DNA from: a virus
Taxonomy: Duplodnaviria > Caudoviricetes
Virus record (IMG/VR): IMGVR_UViG_3300032167_000006
Reading direction: 5' to 3' (one strand)
DNA length: 64,000 nt
The notes beneath the pieces are model-generated. The model was not told the origin of the DNA, did not search any database, and was given only the letters and a program-made list of their open reading frames with translations. Positions 1 through 11,700 of this stretch are shown in pieces (the stretch's first letter is position 1; each line of letters opens with the position of its first letter). The position numbers and the translations under genes are program-made.

Positions 1-182
1 TTTAATACAGGATATTCATAATCCCTGTATTTAAGGAATTTTTCATTAATAACAAGAGCATGATCTGTTTCTAAATTAAATACATGATCATTATCATCAA
101 TATCAAGACCAGTTTCACGCATAAATGCGTCATTAAATATAAGTGTGGTTCTAAATATTTTTTCTTTTTGTTTCTTTGTCAT
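1..182 (-). CDS. hypothetical protein, 5' part only (runs off window start)
   Basis: ATG at 182 with GGAGG upstream; open frame MTKKQKEKIFRTTLIFNDAFMRETGLDIDD... to the window edge; not in the ORF track. Confidence 0.7.
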   Translation of the reverse strand, partial: MTKKQKEKIFRTTLIFNDAFMRETGLDIDDNDHVFNLETDHALVINEKFLKYRDYEYPVL

Positions 183-218
183 AAAAGATCCCTCCATAAA
201 ATATTTATTATTTTCTTT

Positions 219-231
219 GACATTGTTATAA
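219..231 (+). promoter_or_regulatory. late-type promoter RACA-N6-TAA
   Basis: GACA TTGTTA TAA upstream of 285. Confidence 0.6.
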
Positions 232-284
232 TATACATTTATAGTTTTATTTATGATTATTTTTAAGTCCGGAGGTGTATAAAA

Positions 285-677
285 ATGAGCAAATTTGTAG
301 GAAGCTTTACTAAGCAGATTAATCTTCAGACTGAAGTGGCTATATTACAAAAAAAGATATTAGCTTTCAAACCATGTTATGCTAAAGTAATAGTACCAGC
401 TCTTATGGGGAATAATACAGATTATACAATAGATTTACCTATGCCATTACATCTATCTATTACATATGGAGATAAAGTAATTCCAGAGGGTACTAAATTA
501 ATAATTCAAACAGTAGCTGGAAATTATAATGATTTTAGAATTATAGGATTTTATGATGATCCAAAACCATTTGATTTCATTTCTTTTATAAAAAAATATA
601 TAACTGGAGAAGAAGATATATTACCAGATGATTATCGAAAATTTGATTATGATGAGATTACAGGGGGTGATATTTAA
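285..677 (+). CDS. putative virion/baseplate protein
   Basis: GGAGG RBS, late-type promoter, TAATG coupling to the gp53-like gene; weak resemblance to OB-fold spike N-termini. Confidence 0.45.
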   Translation: MSKFVGSFTKQINLQTEVAILQKKILAFKPCYAKVIVPALMGNNTDYTIDLPMPLHLSITYGDKVIPEGTKLIIQTVAGNYNDFRIIGFYDDPKPFDFISFIKKYITGEEDILPDDYRKFDYDEITGGDI

Positions 678-1162
678 TGCCTAATAGCAGTGTAATAGAA
701 TATACATACGACTATCAAAAACCAGAAAAAACATGGACACTTGATCAATTTATAGCCTGTCAATCTGATACTGTATTTTGTTATAATAATTTATCTTTTA
801 TAGATCAGATAGATAATATTAAGTATAACGTATATAATGTAGCTTCTGATTATATTGATGAGTTACGAGCTAAATACTGTATAGATGTAGAGTTAACAGA
901 TGAACAATTAACAAAATATAAATATCGTCCTAAATTATTATGCTATGATATTTATGGCAGCCAGGAATTATATTATATAATTCTTATAATAAATGATATT
1001 TGTTCTATTAAAGATTTTGTAAAAAATAAAATAAAATTACCAACAAGAGATAATATGGCTGAACTTACCAAAGCAATAATGAATTCCAATAGAACAGATA
1101 TTCAAAAATATAATGATGCTAATATAAGAACCTCTGCAGAAATTGAAGAAAATAAAAAATAA
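677..1162 (+). CDS. baseplate wedge protein, T4 gp53/LysM-like
   Basis: YRPKLLCYDIYGSQELYYIILIINDI fits the RPD.hA..hYG...hWW.Ih..N pattern. Confidence 0.7.
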   Translation: MPNSSVIEYTYDYQKPEKTWTLDQFIACQSDTVFCYNNLSFIDQIDNIKYNVYNVASDYIDELRAKYCIDVELTDEQLTKYKYRPKLLCYDIYGSQELYYIILIINDICSIKDFVKNKIKLPTRDNMAELTKAIMNSNRTDIQKYNDANIRTSAEIEENKK

Positions 1163-1179
1163 AATATTTACAAATAATA

Positions 1180-1205
1180 TCCCAGGTAGGTGATCCTACC
1201 TGGGA
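1180..1205. terminator. hairpin between convergent genes
   Basis: TCCCAGGTAGG-TGAT-CCTACCTGGGA; includes the helicase stop codon. Confidence 0.75.
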
Positions 1206-2917
1206 ACTATTGTGCACATTACTTTTTTACCATTTATAATATTACTATTATTAAAATATTCAAGGTTTCTAGATGCAAATCCTGATGCATTTGCAAACAT
1301 ATTTTCCACATCATCAGATGGTAATTTAACATCATTAAATTCTACTATTTTACCAACTGCTCCATTACTTGGTGCGGCGCCATTCAATTCTACTTGTTCT
1401 CTCATAGTTATCTTATGAACTGGTACTGGCGAGAAAATATCTTCAACAAATTTAATGGTCTTACTAATATAAGGTAGATAACAAGTATGAAGATCATTAT
1501 TAATATAATATCTACTTTTTACTCGTTGTATACCAAGATATCTATTATTATCTTTATCATATTCTGGAGCTATCAGACAAATCCAGTCACTATTCTCAAG
1601 AATAAGATTAGATTCACCAACATTAGCTCTGCCAATAAGTCTTACTAAATCTGCTTTATTCTTAATACGAGCTTCGTCTACAGAACTTGTTGCTGTTCTA
1701 TTCAACTGAGAAGCTGTGATAACAGGAATATTTTTAAGCGTAGCAAATGTTTTAAATTCATTTATAACTGCACCTAATTGTAATCTTAAATCGCCACCAA
1801 ATGCACCTTCAACTGAACGAATACGTTTCATATAGTCTTGAAGTATACATATAACTTCATATCCTTCATCTTCAAGATCTTCGGTTAATGTATAAAGATA
1901 GCTTGTATCTACAGATAAATTTGGTTTAAATTTAATAATAATATCAATAGGATCATCAGTTGTCATTCTTAAGTTACCTTGATTCTTAAGTATTTCAATT
2001 GCATCTTCCAAAGAATAATTGAGCATACCTGAACCAACACACATGCTAAATAATCTTTCTACAGATTCTTTAACACCATTTTCCATAACAAGCAATACAA
2101 CACATGGTCTTTTTGTTGGATCAGCACATTGATAATTACGATTATATCTTTTAATCTGAATTGCCATATCGAGCAATGTACTAGATTTACCTTCACCAGG
2201 TAATCCTAATATGGTATAAACTCTACCGGCTTCAACACCGCCACCTGTTAATGCATTTAAAGCTTGTACACCAAACTGAAGTTTATTAGATGGTGATGAT
2301 AACTGACGATACGTGTCCGTCATTGCTTCTATAAATGTATCTCCATCTAATGAGAATGTTATATCCTCAGCAGTATCAGCTTTAGATCTACGAAACTTAA
2401 CTTGTAAAGCATTAACCCAATCTTCAATTTCTTTAACAACAGCCCCTCTATTAATATAGTCTGTTGCTTTAAATTTAGTTAATAGAGCTAATCCTTTATC
2501 TATATCATTATATATAATCGCATATTTAAGAGTTTCTGATACTGTATTATTAACCCACTGAACTTCATTATTATTAAGCTCAGAAAGTCCATCTATTTTT
2601 TCACCGCCAAGACCACCTGCGATTTGGCTTAATATCATATTTTTATTATTAAGGTTATGGGTTAATCTAGCATCTATACCTTTCATAATAAAATCTATTC
2701 TTGATAAACGTTCTTGATCACCATTATAATTATCCATATTCATAGTAAGAAACAAGTTTCTCATATTAATAACATTTCCTCTATGAATATTTCTATTTTC
2801 ACTTACTATATAAGCACACATTAAGTCAAGTTCTGTAATATCAAACTTGACATCAATAACAAAATTTTGATTCTTTATAGGTGAACCAGGACCATATCTC
2901 TGCCTTCTATTTTCCAT
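1196..2917 (-). CDS. DnaB-like (SF4) replicative helicase
   Basis: Walker A GLPGEGKS, Walker B ILQDY, ITASQLNR, KSR arginine-finger region. Confidence 0.92.
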   Translation of the reverse strand: MENRRQRYGPGSPIKNQNFVIDVKFDITELDLMCAYIVSENRNIHRGNVINMRNLFLTMNMDNYNGDQERLSRIDFIMKGIDARLTHNLNNKNMILSQIAGGLGGEKIDGLSELNNNEVQWVNNTVSETLKYAIIYNDIDKGLALLTKFKATDYINRGAVVKEIEDWVNALQVKFRRSKADTAEDITFSLDGDTFIEAMTDTYRQLSSPSNKLQFGVQALNALTGGGVEAGRVYTILGLPGEGKSSTLLDMAIQIKRYNRNYQCADPTKRPCVVLLVMENGVKESVERLFSMCVGSGMLNYSLEDAIEILKNQGNLRMTTDDPIDIIIKFKPNLSVDTSYLYTLTEDLEDEGYEVICILQDYMKRIRSVEGAFGGDLRLQLGAVINEFKTFATLKNIPVITASQLNRTATSSVDEARIKNKADLVRLIGRANVGESNLILENSDWICLIAPEYDKDNNRYLGIQRVKSRYYINNDLHTCYLPYISKTIKFVEDIFSPVPVHKITMREQVELNGAAPSNGAVGKIVEFNDVKLPSDDVENMFANASGFASRNLEYFNNSNIINGKKVMCTIVPR

Positions 2918-2943
2918 GGTTTCCCTCCTAACCTAGACTTGTG

Positions 2944-2955
2944 TATTTAAATGTC
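2944..2955 (-). promoter_or_regulatory. late-type promoter RACA-N6-TA
   Basis: GACA TTTAAA TA upstream of the helicase. Confidence 0.55.
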
Positions 2956-2987
2956 TAGGTTAATAATATAATTAAATTTATTTGGTA

Positions 2988-3431
2988 TTATTCATCTTTA
3001 TCCCAAGTGACATCTAAATTACCATGCATCGCCATTTTTCTCAATGTTTGTCTTTTTTGCCATTCTTCACATTCTGATTCTAGTAATTTTTGATATTCTT
3101 CACAACTTTCAATCATATTTCTAACTGTATTAATTTTTATATTAGTATATGAGTGATCATAATTTACTTTAACCCATGATATTAGTAAAAATCCTATGAT
3201 GTAAATACCACAAAATATACCAATTGATTTTAAACATGGTAACCAGCCTTTAGTCACACTTATATAAATACTCGATATAACCATAAACCAAACTGCAATA
3301 GTTTTTATTGTACGAGTAAAGCATTCAAATAAAGCATAATTAGCTGCAAATTTAATATCTATATCAATAACTTTAGATGATATTTCTTTTTCGCATTCAT
3401 CTATAGTTTTATAATAATAAATATTTCTCAT
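2988..3431 (-). CDS. hypothetical membrane protein
   Basis: two hydrophobic stretches in a 147-aa ORF. Confidence 0.6.
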   Translation of the reverse strand: MRNIYYYKTIDECEKEISSKVIDIDIKFAANYALFECFTRTIKTIAVWFMVISSIYISVTKGWLPCLKSIGIFCGIYIIGFLLISWVKVNYDHSYTNIKINTVRNMIESCEEYQKLLESECEEWQKRQTLRKMAMHGNLDVTWDKDE

Positions 3432-3433
3432 TT

Positions 3434-4552
3434 CTATAAATCTCCTTCTAATAATTTAATTAATTCATCTGATGATATAAATTCGTAACCTTCATTTTGA
3501 TTTACATACATTACGAATTTATCATAATCTGATATTTCATTATCAAGAATATAAGAATATTGGATATTCTGCTCTAAAATAGTTTGATCTATTTCTTGCA
3601 TTTGTTTATCCTTTTTATCTAATTCTTGTAATTTTACATTGTTAGAGTTTCTAAAATAGTTTCTAACAATATTCATATTTTCATTAGCATTATTAAATTG
3701 AACTCTAATGTAATCTATTCCTTGTTCTTCCTTAATCCTTTTAATATAATCAATAATATCTTTAGGATCAGATTTAATCAAGTGATCAATATTGATAGTA
3801 TTATAAATATAACTATCAATAGGAATTAGCTCAGTATAATGAGCTCTTTTATTTGGATTATAAAGAGTTACTAGAAATCCTTTTTCTTGTTCCTCTCCAA
3901 ATCTAAATCTTAATGGACTTCCATTATAATAAGCATACTCCTGATAACATCCAGGAATATGATAATGTCCCATAAGAATAACCCCTGCACAATTACAAAA
4001 TGAGTTAATTGAAAATACAGGAGCATGATTGCTTTTTAAAGTAGCAATTTCAGAACCTTTAAATGAATCTTTAAAAGTTCCATGCATTAAACAAATATCA
4101 TATCTACCTGAATTAAATAATACTTCATTATATTCTTCTTCAGGTATACCATATCGTTCTGGAATGCATAAAATATTTAATCCTTTAACTTGTTCGAATT
4201 GTATTTTTTCTACGATCCTGACATCTAAGTTTGGATTATTCATGTAATGATAGAATAATGATAATTGACCATTATCATGACTTTGAGTTCCATCTACTAT
4301 AATAAGTGTAGCATTTTTACTAGCACATAAATTAACAATATCATTTACCAATTGCATGGTATATGATATTATAGGATTATTACTCATAAATCTAGAATCA
4401 AATATATCTCCACATATTGCAAGTATATCAAAATCTAAATTTATTAATTTATCTATAAATTGTTGTTTTAGCTGAGTGTACATATAATGCGGATCTAAAG
4501 CCCCCATATGTATATCAGATATTGAGACAATTTTATATACGTCCTTATCCAT
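3434..4552 (-). CDS. SbcD/Mre11-like metallophosphoesterase nuclease
   Basis: DIH, GDIFD, GTQSHD, MHG, GHYH, YNGSP motifs; start moved to MDKDV. Confidence 0.88.
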   Translation of the reverse strand: MDKDVYKIVSISDIHMGALDPHYMYTQLKQQFIDKLINLDFDILAICGDIFDSRFMSNNPIISYTMQLVNDIVNLCASKNATLIIVDGTQSHDNGQLSLFYHYMNNPNLDVRIVEKIQFEQVKGLNILCIPERYGIPEEEYNEVLFNSGRYDICLMHGTFKDSFKGSEIATLKSNHAPVFSINSFCNCAGVILMGHYHIPGCYQEYAYYNGSPLRFRFGEEQEKGFLVTLYNPNKRAHYTELIPIDSYIYNTINIDHLIKSDPKDIIDYIKRIKEEQGIDYIRVQFNNANENMNIVRNYFRNSNNVKLQELDKKDKQMQEIDQTILEQNIQYSYILDNEISDYDKFVMYVNQNEGYEFISSDELIKLLEGDL

Positions 4553-5225
4553 AATATTCCTCAACTGTTCCACGTAGTGCAATTACATTATCAATTGTAC
4601 CTACTAATCTTTTAAATACTTTTTCCATATCCATATTAGTAGTATCTATCATGCTGTGCACTGCACCAATAGTATTAACATCTTGTATATATAATCTAGA
4701 ATAAGCATCATTAATCTTCTTATAATCTTCTATAGGAAGTACATCATGCTTATTTCTTTCATGTCCTTCGGCTGCAGCTCTCTCTATAGCAACCTTTGGA
4801 TCGCATAATAATGTGAATTCTAATATATAACTAGAATCAATTATAGGTTTTTTAACCATACTTTCACACTGTTCGATAAATTTCATATTTCCATTTTTAA
4901 GTATTCCTTGATATACTTTAGTGGATTTAGCAAATCTATCTAATATTACCAAACATCCATCATTTAATGCAGGTAATAAATTATTATTTATATTAATATT
5001 TCTAGCGGCATTCATTAACAGAATTTCTGTAGTAGGATCCATTTCATTATAAAGAATCATATTACGAATATTTTCTGCTATTTCATTTCCGCCAGGTTCT
5101 CTAAAATATTTAGTATTATAACCTTTATCATTATAATATTCTACTAATTTTTTAGCTTGAGAAGTTTTTCCTGCCCCTTCTCCGCCTTCAAGTATTACTA
5201 ATAAACCTTTAGTTATTTTTTTCAT
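4545..5225 (-). CDS. tmk: thymidylate (dTMP) kinase
   Basis: LEGGEGAGKTSQ P-loop, REPGG, LDRF; GGAGG before ATG 5225. Confidence 0.92.
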   Translation of the reverse strand: MKKITKGLLVILEGGEGAGKTSQAKKLVEYYNDKGYNTKYFREPGGNEIAENIRNMILYNEMDPTTEILLMNAARNININNNLLPALNDGCLVILDRFAKSTKVYQGILKNGNMKFIEQCESMVKKPIIDSSYILEFTLLCDPKVAIERAAAEGHERNKHDVLPIEDYKKINDAYSRLYIQDVNTIGAVHSMIDTTNMDMEKVFKRLVGTIDNVIALRGTVEEYYG

Positions 5226-5257
5226 AATAAAATATCCTCCATATTTATATTTCATAC

Positions 5258-5268
5258 TTATAATATAT
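5258..5268 (-). promoter_or_regulatory. putative early-type promoter
   Basis: ATATATTATAA upstream of tmk. Confidence 0.45.
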
Positions 5269-5394
5269 CATTATATCTTTATTTCGCTTTAAATTATATT
5301 CCAACATATTTGTAAAAGTTATTTGATAACTTTTATGTGATGGTAAGACCGTTGCAAGGTAAAATATTTGTTCATTTTTGTTCTCCGGTACGAA

Positions 5395-5420
5395 CCCCAA
5401 GAGGTTAACTCCTCTTGGGG
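5395..5420 (-). terminator. hairpin terminator
   Basis: CCCCAAGAGG-TTAACT-CCTCTTGGGG. Confidence 0.7.
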
Positions 5421-5429
5421 GTAGTATCA

Positions 5430-5927
5430 TCAAAATTTTTTGTTTTTAAAATAATATGTAATTAATTCACATACTCCGTCCATTAAGCATGATGTAATAA
5501 ACAAAAACTTTTCTTGATCGTAAATATCTATAAATTGATAATCGCCATCTATAAAAGTTATATATTCTTTTTCTGATTTTGTATTTTGACCTCTGCGTTC
5601 TATCTCAATATTAATTGTTCTAGATTCCTTAAGCAATACAAATCCTATGGTAAAAGAATCTTTTTGTTTATAAAACATACTACATGCTGTTGATCTAGTG
5701 TAACCCTTTGGCAGGGTTCCAGTGAATAAATGTAATGAATCATTGTTTCCATACATATACGTATTTCTAAGAATTCTAATGAATTCATCTATACGACACA
5801 TCTGATCAAATGACGGGCTTAATTTTTTACATTTTTTAATAAGTTTTCTATAAGCTCTCCAAGCCTTGATATCAAATTTATGTTTTCGCATAATAATGGG
5901 CTTTATAAATTCATTAACATTATCCAT
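5430..5927 (-). CDS. hypothetical protein
   Basis: ORF with RBS, last gene of a minus-strand cluster, hairpin follows. Confidence 0.7.
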   Translation of the reverse strand: MDNVNEFIKPIIMRKHKFDIKAWRAYRKLIKKCKKLSPSFDQMCRIDEFIRILRNTYMYGNNDSLHLFTGTLPKGYTRSTACSMFYKQKDSFTIGFVLLKESRTINIEIERRGQNTKSEKEYITFIDGDYQFIDIYDQEKFLFITSCLMDGVCELITYYFKNKKF

Positions 5928-5967
5928 CTTTATCACCTCTATTCTATTTCATTATTTTAATGCTTTA

Positions 5968-6432
5968 TTAAATATATCTAGTAGCTTCGAAGATAATATC
6001 TAAATATATATTTTTTAAATCATCTGTTAATGGTTCCCATATTTTATTTATTATACTACTATTTTTAGTATTACGATAAATAGTATATGATATATTTTTA
6101 TCTGTTATTTCAAATCTATTAGATTTTGGATAATAAGTAACTATAGATTCATTCTTATAACCATCAATTGTACAATACGTGCCCATATCTATATTTATAA
6201 AATTTATATCATATGTAACACCCCATACAGATTCAGATGGTAACTCTTTTAAACTAAGCAGGAAAGTAATAATATTATCAGAAGCATCAAATATATCTAA
6301 ATTTAAAAATTTATTTATATTATTATTTAATAATTTATTTTCTTTATATATAGATACTATCTTCCATTTAGGTAACTGATTAATATGAATTTTACTTAAA
6401 CATATGGCATGAATTAAATTCATAATATTCAA
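5968..6432 (-). CDS. hypothetical protein
   Basis: ORF abutting the nuclease stop codon, GGGAGG RBS. Confidence 0.65.
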   Translation of the reverse strand: MNIMNLIHAICLSKIHINQLPKWKIVSIYKENKLLNNNINKFLNLDIFDASDNIITFLLSLKELPSESVWGVTYDINFINIDMGTYCTIDGYKNESIVTYYPKSNRFEITDKNISYTIYRNTKNSSIINKIWEPLTDDLKNIYLDIIFEATRYI

Positions 6433-7155
6433 CTAAAATACCTCCCAATTAAGATTTTTATATGCATTTTCTATATTTATAATATTATAATATGAATTAA
6501 CAAGAGAGAGGAATGTATATTCACAGTCGTTAATATATTTTAAATGATCTGGGTTAGTGAAGTTTAAAACAAATTCATTATAAGAAACACTATTTTTTGA
6601 TAATTGTAATATAATACATCCATCTATTTCTATACCAAGCTCATTACGAAGCATATAACGATATGCGGCTAATTGTAAAATATATTTAAAAGTAATATGA
6701 TTACTAGTCTTATAATCTACTAAATATATTTTACCATTAATTTCATATAATCCATCTAATGTGCCGCCAAAATATTTGCATGCTAAAGATTTTTCATGGA
6801 AAATAACTCTTACGTTTGCTGCATTATTTATATCTGTAAACCATTTTAAAAATGATTGATATGCATTATAAGATTGATTTGGCATAGATGTAGCATCTGC
6901 TTCATAATTATCATTACTTAAAAAGTTATCTATGTTTTCATGAGCATGATGTCCTACGTTAGCTGCAGCATCTAAAGTTTTAGCATATGATTGATGCTTA
7001 AATCCTAAAGAATTAGCCCAATACATAAGTGAGTCTGAATGTATGCATTTTGAAAGTATTTTTGTAACTCTGGGTACAATTATACCATTATGAATATAGT
7101 CAGATTCTACATTTATAGGTGGCATTTTTTCTAATATTTTTACCATTTCATTCAT
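6433..7155 (-). CDS. PD-(D/E)xK exonuclease (RecB/Cas4-like fold, no Fe-S cysteines)
   Basis: GHHAH, EKSL, GGTLDGL, VDYKTS, LQLAAY motifs; start approximate. Confidence 0.85.
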   Translation of the reverse strand: MNEMVKILEKMPPINVESDYIHNGIIVPRVTKILSKCIHSDSLMYWANSLGFKHQSYAKTLDAAANVGHHAHENIDNFLSNDNYEADATSMPNQSYNAYQSFLKWFTDINNAANVRVIFHEKSLACKYFGGTLDGLYEINGKIYLVDYKTSNHITFKYILQLAAYRYMLRNELGIEIDGCIILQLSKNSVSYNEFVLNFTNPDHLKYINDCEYTFLSLVNSYYNIINIENAYKNLNWEVF

Positions 7156-7705
7156 TTGAACTATTATCCCCATAGCGTTTTTCAAATTCTTGAATTGCTT
7201 CTTTTGCAATTTCATCAATTGTGCCATATGGTATAAACCATATATTTTCTATAACATATTTAAGATTATTGTACACAATTTTTATTTCTTCACTATTTCC
7301 ACTTTTTACAGTATCTCTTGATATATTACCTAATTCCACAACTACATCTTTATAGAACATTGGTCTTAGTAATAAGCTACTTAAAATTCTATTAATTACC
7401 CAAAGTTTACTAACTTGAATAGCGTTAATACCTTCAAGAGCATATAAGCTACCATATATTATCTGGCAGCATTCAATAACATGGCGATTTTCAAATGATA
7501 GCAATGTATCATTAGTTAAATCTTCAGTATCTTTAACTTTATCAATATATGATTTTACATTTGGAAGAGTCATCAAATACATACCGACTATAGCATTTGG
7601 ATTTTCTATATTAAAGTTAATTTTATGAACAGGGCTTCCTGATTTGATTTTCTTTAAAAAATCATTATATTCGTCCATACTAAACTCTTGTTTATTATTT
7701 TCCAT
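7148..7705 (-). CDS. hypothetical protein
   Basis: 185-aa ORF with GGAGG RBS. Confidence 0.7.
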   Translation of the reverse strand: MENNKQEFSMDEYNDFLKKIKSGSPVHKINFNIENPNAIVGMYLMTLPNVKSYIDKVKDTEDLTNDTLLSFENRHVIECCQIIYGSLYALEGINAIQVSKLWVINRILSSLLLRPMFYKDVVVELGNISRDTVKSGNSEEIKIVYNNLKYVIENIWFIPYGTIDEIAKEAIQEFEKRYGDNSSNE

Positions 7706-7785
7706 TTTTACACGCCTCCATTTTATATCATTTTTATATTAAATGTAGTTAACTTTTTATATTTTAAATATTCCAAAATAGCCAA

Positions 7786-7798
7786 AACATCTTATTAA
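7786..7798 (+). promoter_or_regulatory. late-type promoter
   Basis: AACA TCTTAT TAA. Confidence 0.7.
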
Positions 7799-7823
7799 AT
7801 AATCATGCAGGAGGTGCTCCAAA

Positions 7824-8765
7824 ATGGCAAAAACATACTCTCAAACATACTTATTTGGTCAGTATGGAGAATACGAAAAGAAAATATATGAATTTATTAT
7901 CAATGCGGAACGCATTGATACTAAGAGTGCAGAATTTGATGATATACTTTATGATATTAAACGTAGAAAAATAAGCGACCATTTGGCAAAAATTATAACA
8001 TCTGATAATGTTGTGGTTGCTATAAATCCTACAGGTAGAGCATTGCCTAAAGCATTTAAAGCTTTTGTTGCTGCCGATGTTAAAGATGGTAATAAAGTCA
8101 AAGTATTTATTGATGTTACAGAATGTGTAGTTTATAAAGATGGCGTTTATGTATGTAATAAATTAGATTGGCTTGTAAGTTATGTTATTAATGCTATGAC
8201 AGCGTATATATACGTCAAGGCTGAAAATAAATTATTAGGTAACGCATCAGTTCTTAAAGATGGATGTGATGCATGGGTATCATGCTTCTCTTATATTATA
8301 GATAGAATGTATAAGATTAGCACAGTACCTCAGATTAAGCGTAGAGTTAATTACTTATCTGCTATATATTATCAAACTAATATAATGTGTAAAGATCTTA
8401 AAAAGTTTGAGGATTCTATCAAGGCTAATGCAATTAGAGTTTCAGGTATTGATTCTAAAGATGCTAGAGTTATGGATATGATGATAGAAGAAAAAGACTT
8501 TACAAATATTGATACATTTGTGAAAGCATTAGGTAGAGTAATTAATCTTAAAGATATTAAAACAAGTAATATTGTTTCATACTGGATGAATGCATTTGGA
8601 CCTGGAACAGTATTTGCTTTAGAATATTTCCCTGCATTTTCTATGATGATGACAAATACATATGTTGGAGCATATATTGACCAGCAGATGACAATAGAAA
8701 AAGTAGCAGGGCAATCAATGATTAGATTTTCAAAAACAATTCTTCAGATAGGAGCTAGTGTATAA
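7824..8765 (+). CDS. probable virion structural protein
   Basis: late-type promoter, GGAGG RBS, TAATG coupling to the 1448-aa gene. Confidence 0.5.
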   Translation: MAKTYSQTYLFGQYGEYEKKIYEFIINAERIDTKSAEFDDILYDIKRRKISDHLAKIITSDNVVVAINPTGRALPKAFKAFVAADVKDGNKVKVFIDVTECVVYKDGVYVCNKLDWLVSYVINAMTAYIYVKAENKLLGNASVLKDGCDAWVSCFSYIIDRMYKISTVPQIKRRVNYLSAIYYQTNIMCKDLKKFEDSIKANAIRVSGIDSKDARVMDMMIEEKDFTNIDTFVKALGRVINLKDIKTSNIVSYWMNAFGPGTVFALEYFPAFSMMMTNTYVGAYIDQQMTIEKVAGQSMIRFSKTILQIGASV

Positions 8766-11700
8766 TGGATAAATTGAGCGAAAAAATTATAAGTACGCTC
8801 AAGAGTAATACATATAACTCTGTTTATCAAAATACATTAGCAAAGCTACCTATTGTTATTACTGAAGAGGGTACTTATATTAATAAAATTGAGATTGATG
8901 GAGATTTATATTTTGCTGTAACTTCAGAAGATGGTTCAATAAAGGAAACTTATTCAAGCAATGAAATACAAGTTGATGTTAAAGATACAGTATTTACGGA
9001 TTATAATCCTGATAATGTAGTTGCTTTAAATAAAATCAATATTGAAAAAGAACTTATCAGAAAATGTAGATTGGTTAATGTTGAAAAGTTCCATTATGAT
9101 GATACTTGGTATAGCCATAGATGCTCTGTAGATAATAGAATAGAAAATTTTGGCATACTCCAAGTTGGTAATCTACCATTTAGATCTTTAGATAAATTGG
9201 TTAATAAAAAATCATTTATTTGTAGAATGGATCAACTTATATTTACTGGTATAATGCAACCATTTATGTTATTTATTAATCGTAAATTTGTAAATTGGAA
9301 TAATATTGATATAGTATTTGATTGTGATGAATCTTATTTACTTATTCATGAGGATAAGTATGAATATAAGGATGAAGATGGTAATAAAAAGACTAAATAT
9401 ATATATAATTATTATGATCTTAAAGATGCTAATGATATGTATATGATTATTTTACCATATAGTGTAGAATTTGTTGGAACAGAGTCTGATGAAATATGGG
9501 ACAAAAACTATGAAATGCTTTGTAGTTTCTTACAAGATTCTCTTCATCTTAATAATGATAATAAAATTGAAATTGAAGTACCTACAATGTATTCTATATA
9601 TAAAAATCGTGGAATGGTTTATAATGTAGGTGCTTGGTTGTTTTCTCAACTTCATATGAATTATCTTGATTCATTATCAGAAATAAGAATTAAAAAGCTT
9701 AAAAATATAAATCTTGAAAGAAAGATATATGATGATAATGGAAATTTATTAGAAATTTATCGTACTAGATTTAATGCTATGGATAAAGATAGTTATGATA
9801 TGGAAACTTATAATAAGATTTGTTATGGGGATAAATATCGTATTATTAATCATCCTACATTTAAATTTAATGATGATGGTATACTTGATTATGAAAACGG
9901 TACTAATATTTTAACAATATTAGATGAAAGTCTTAAAATTAAAAGAATTGTAAGAAAAGATAAAAAGATCATAATAAATCAGTCATCAGACAATGAGACT
10001 TTATTTAAAGAAAGTTTTATTGTATTTAAAAATGGAAAGTATTATCAAGAATGTGAATTTGATTATTATGATTCTAATATATTTACGATAAATAATGAAA
10101 ACGAAGATACTTTAGATATAATTTCATTTATTCCTGATGATATTGAATATATAAGTAATCATAAAAATCATTTTATAAATAAAGATTTCTACGCTAATAA
10201 GATTTTAGATTATATACATGATAAATTTATTGAGCCAAAGACAGATGATGAAAGTAAGAAACGTATTAATGATATGGAAGAACTACTTAAAATATCATCA
10301 AATAATCTTAATTATTTATTCTTAGATTCGTATAAATATGAAGAAAATTTAAATAGTGGATTTAATTCAATAATGAATTATGATCCATTGTTGCTTAATG
10401 ATTCAATAAAAACAAGTATTAGATCTAAGTCTATTCGTGGTTCTGAGGCTAATAAATATATTATTAAAGAAGCTCTTAAAGATTATGATAAAGACGGTAA
10501 ATTATATAAACGAGATGCTTTAAAAATTACAAGATGCAAGTATACTGATCATGAATCATATGTACTTATATTTCTTAATGGTGAACTTATAGAAAATTAT
10601 AGCGAAATGTATGTAACATCAAACTATTTTCTTTTACCATTAGATGAAGAGTTTAACAGTGATGATATTATTGAATTGCTCTATTTTACAGATTGTGACA
10701 ATAATGAAATTCATTTTAATATTACTGATAATATGATTGCAAAATTAGAAGAATCTGATGATACTAAATTTGTAAAAACAGATTTGTTCAAAGAATATAT
10801 CAAATCAGAAGATATAAAAATATTTGCAGATTATCCTAATAACTTAATTTATAAAGATCTTATAGAAAAAAATAATGATATTGCGTTTAATATTTCTTAT
10901 AGAAATACTAATAAAGATTTATTAGTATTTAAAGATGAAATTGAAAATAAGAATAATAATCTTACAGCAGTATCATCTCGTAAATTTATTTATGAAAGAC
11001 TCTATGTAGATCAAAAAGCATATAGAATTAAATTAGGAGAAAGATTTAGATATTGTGATAACCAAAAACAGTACATGCTATTTATTAATGGTCGTCGTAT
11101 GGAAGATGATACATTTTTAATCACAATTCCTAAATACACTAGACCTTTCTGGGGTATGTTTTTATATACTGCAAAATTTGTAGAACCTGGTGATAGAATA
11201 GAAATATTCTATGTGCCCGAGGAATTAAATAATATAAATACTGAAGAGGTTGCACCTTCTACATTTAATATAGATGGTTATATTGAAACTGAGAAGGAGA
11301 ATCTTAAAGTTCCATATACGGGTGATTTTTATCTTTATTTTGTTAATGGTAAAAAAATTCCTAATGATGATATAATACCAGTAGATTCTCATACAGTGAA
11401 ATTAAAATCTAATCCAGGTTCTCTTTTAAAATTAAATATAAATCCAGTATATAGAGATATCAATAATAATATCGCAAAATATATGCAAAGTAGTTCAATA
11501 TCTAAATATGACAAATTTATTGATATTATTAAAGAAAAATTTACTTATTATTGGTTGGATAGATTGTTTGATGCTCAAATTAAAATATCACAAAATCCAA
11601 CTGAAGAAGAAGTAAATAAACTTAAAACTAATGTAGGTACTATTGCGCTTGTTAATGAAATTGTAAGAGATTTCTGGGTCACAGGCGGAGTTGAATACAA

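Noticed and set aside
5-31. Terminator-like inverted repeat at the window start
   Set aside because: It is imperfect and lies inside the minus-strand coding frame 1-182.
6433-7155. Cas4 or a CRISPR system
   Set aside because: The Fe-S cysteines are absent, and there are no other cas genes or repeat-spacer array; the hairpins are dispersed, not arrayed.
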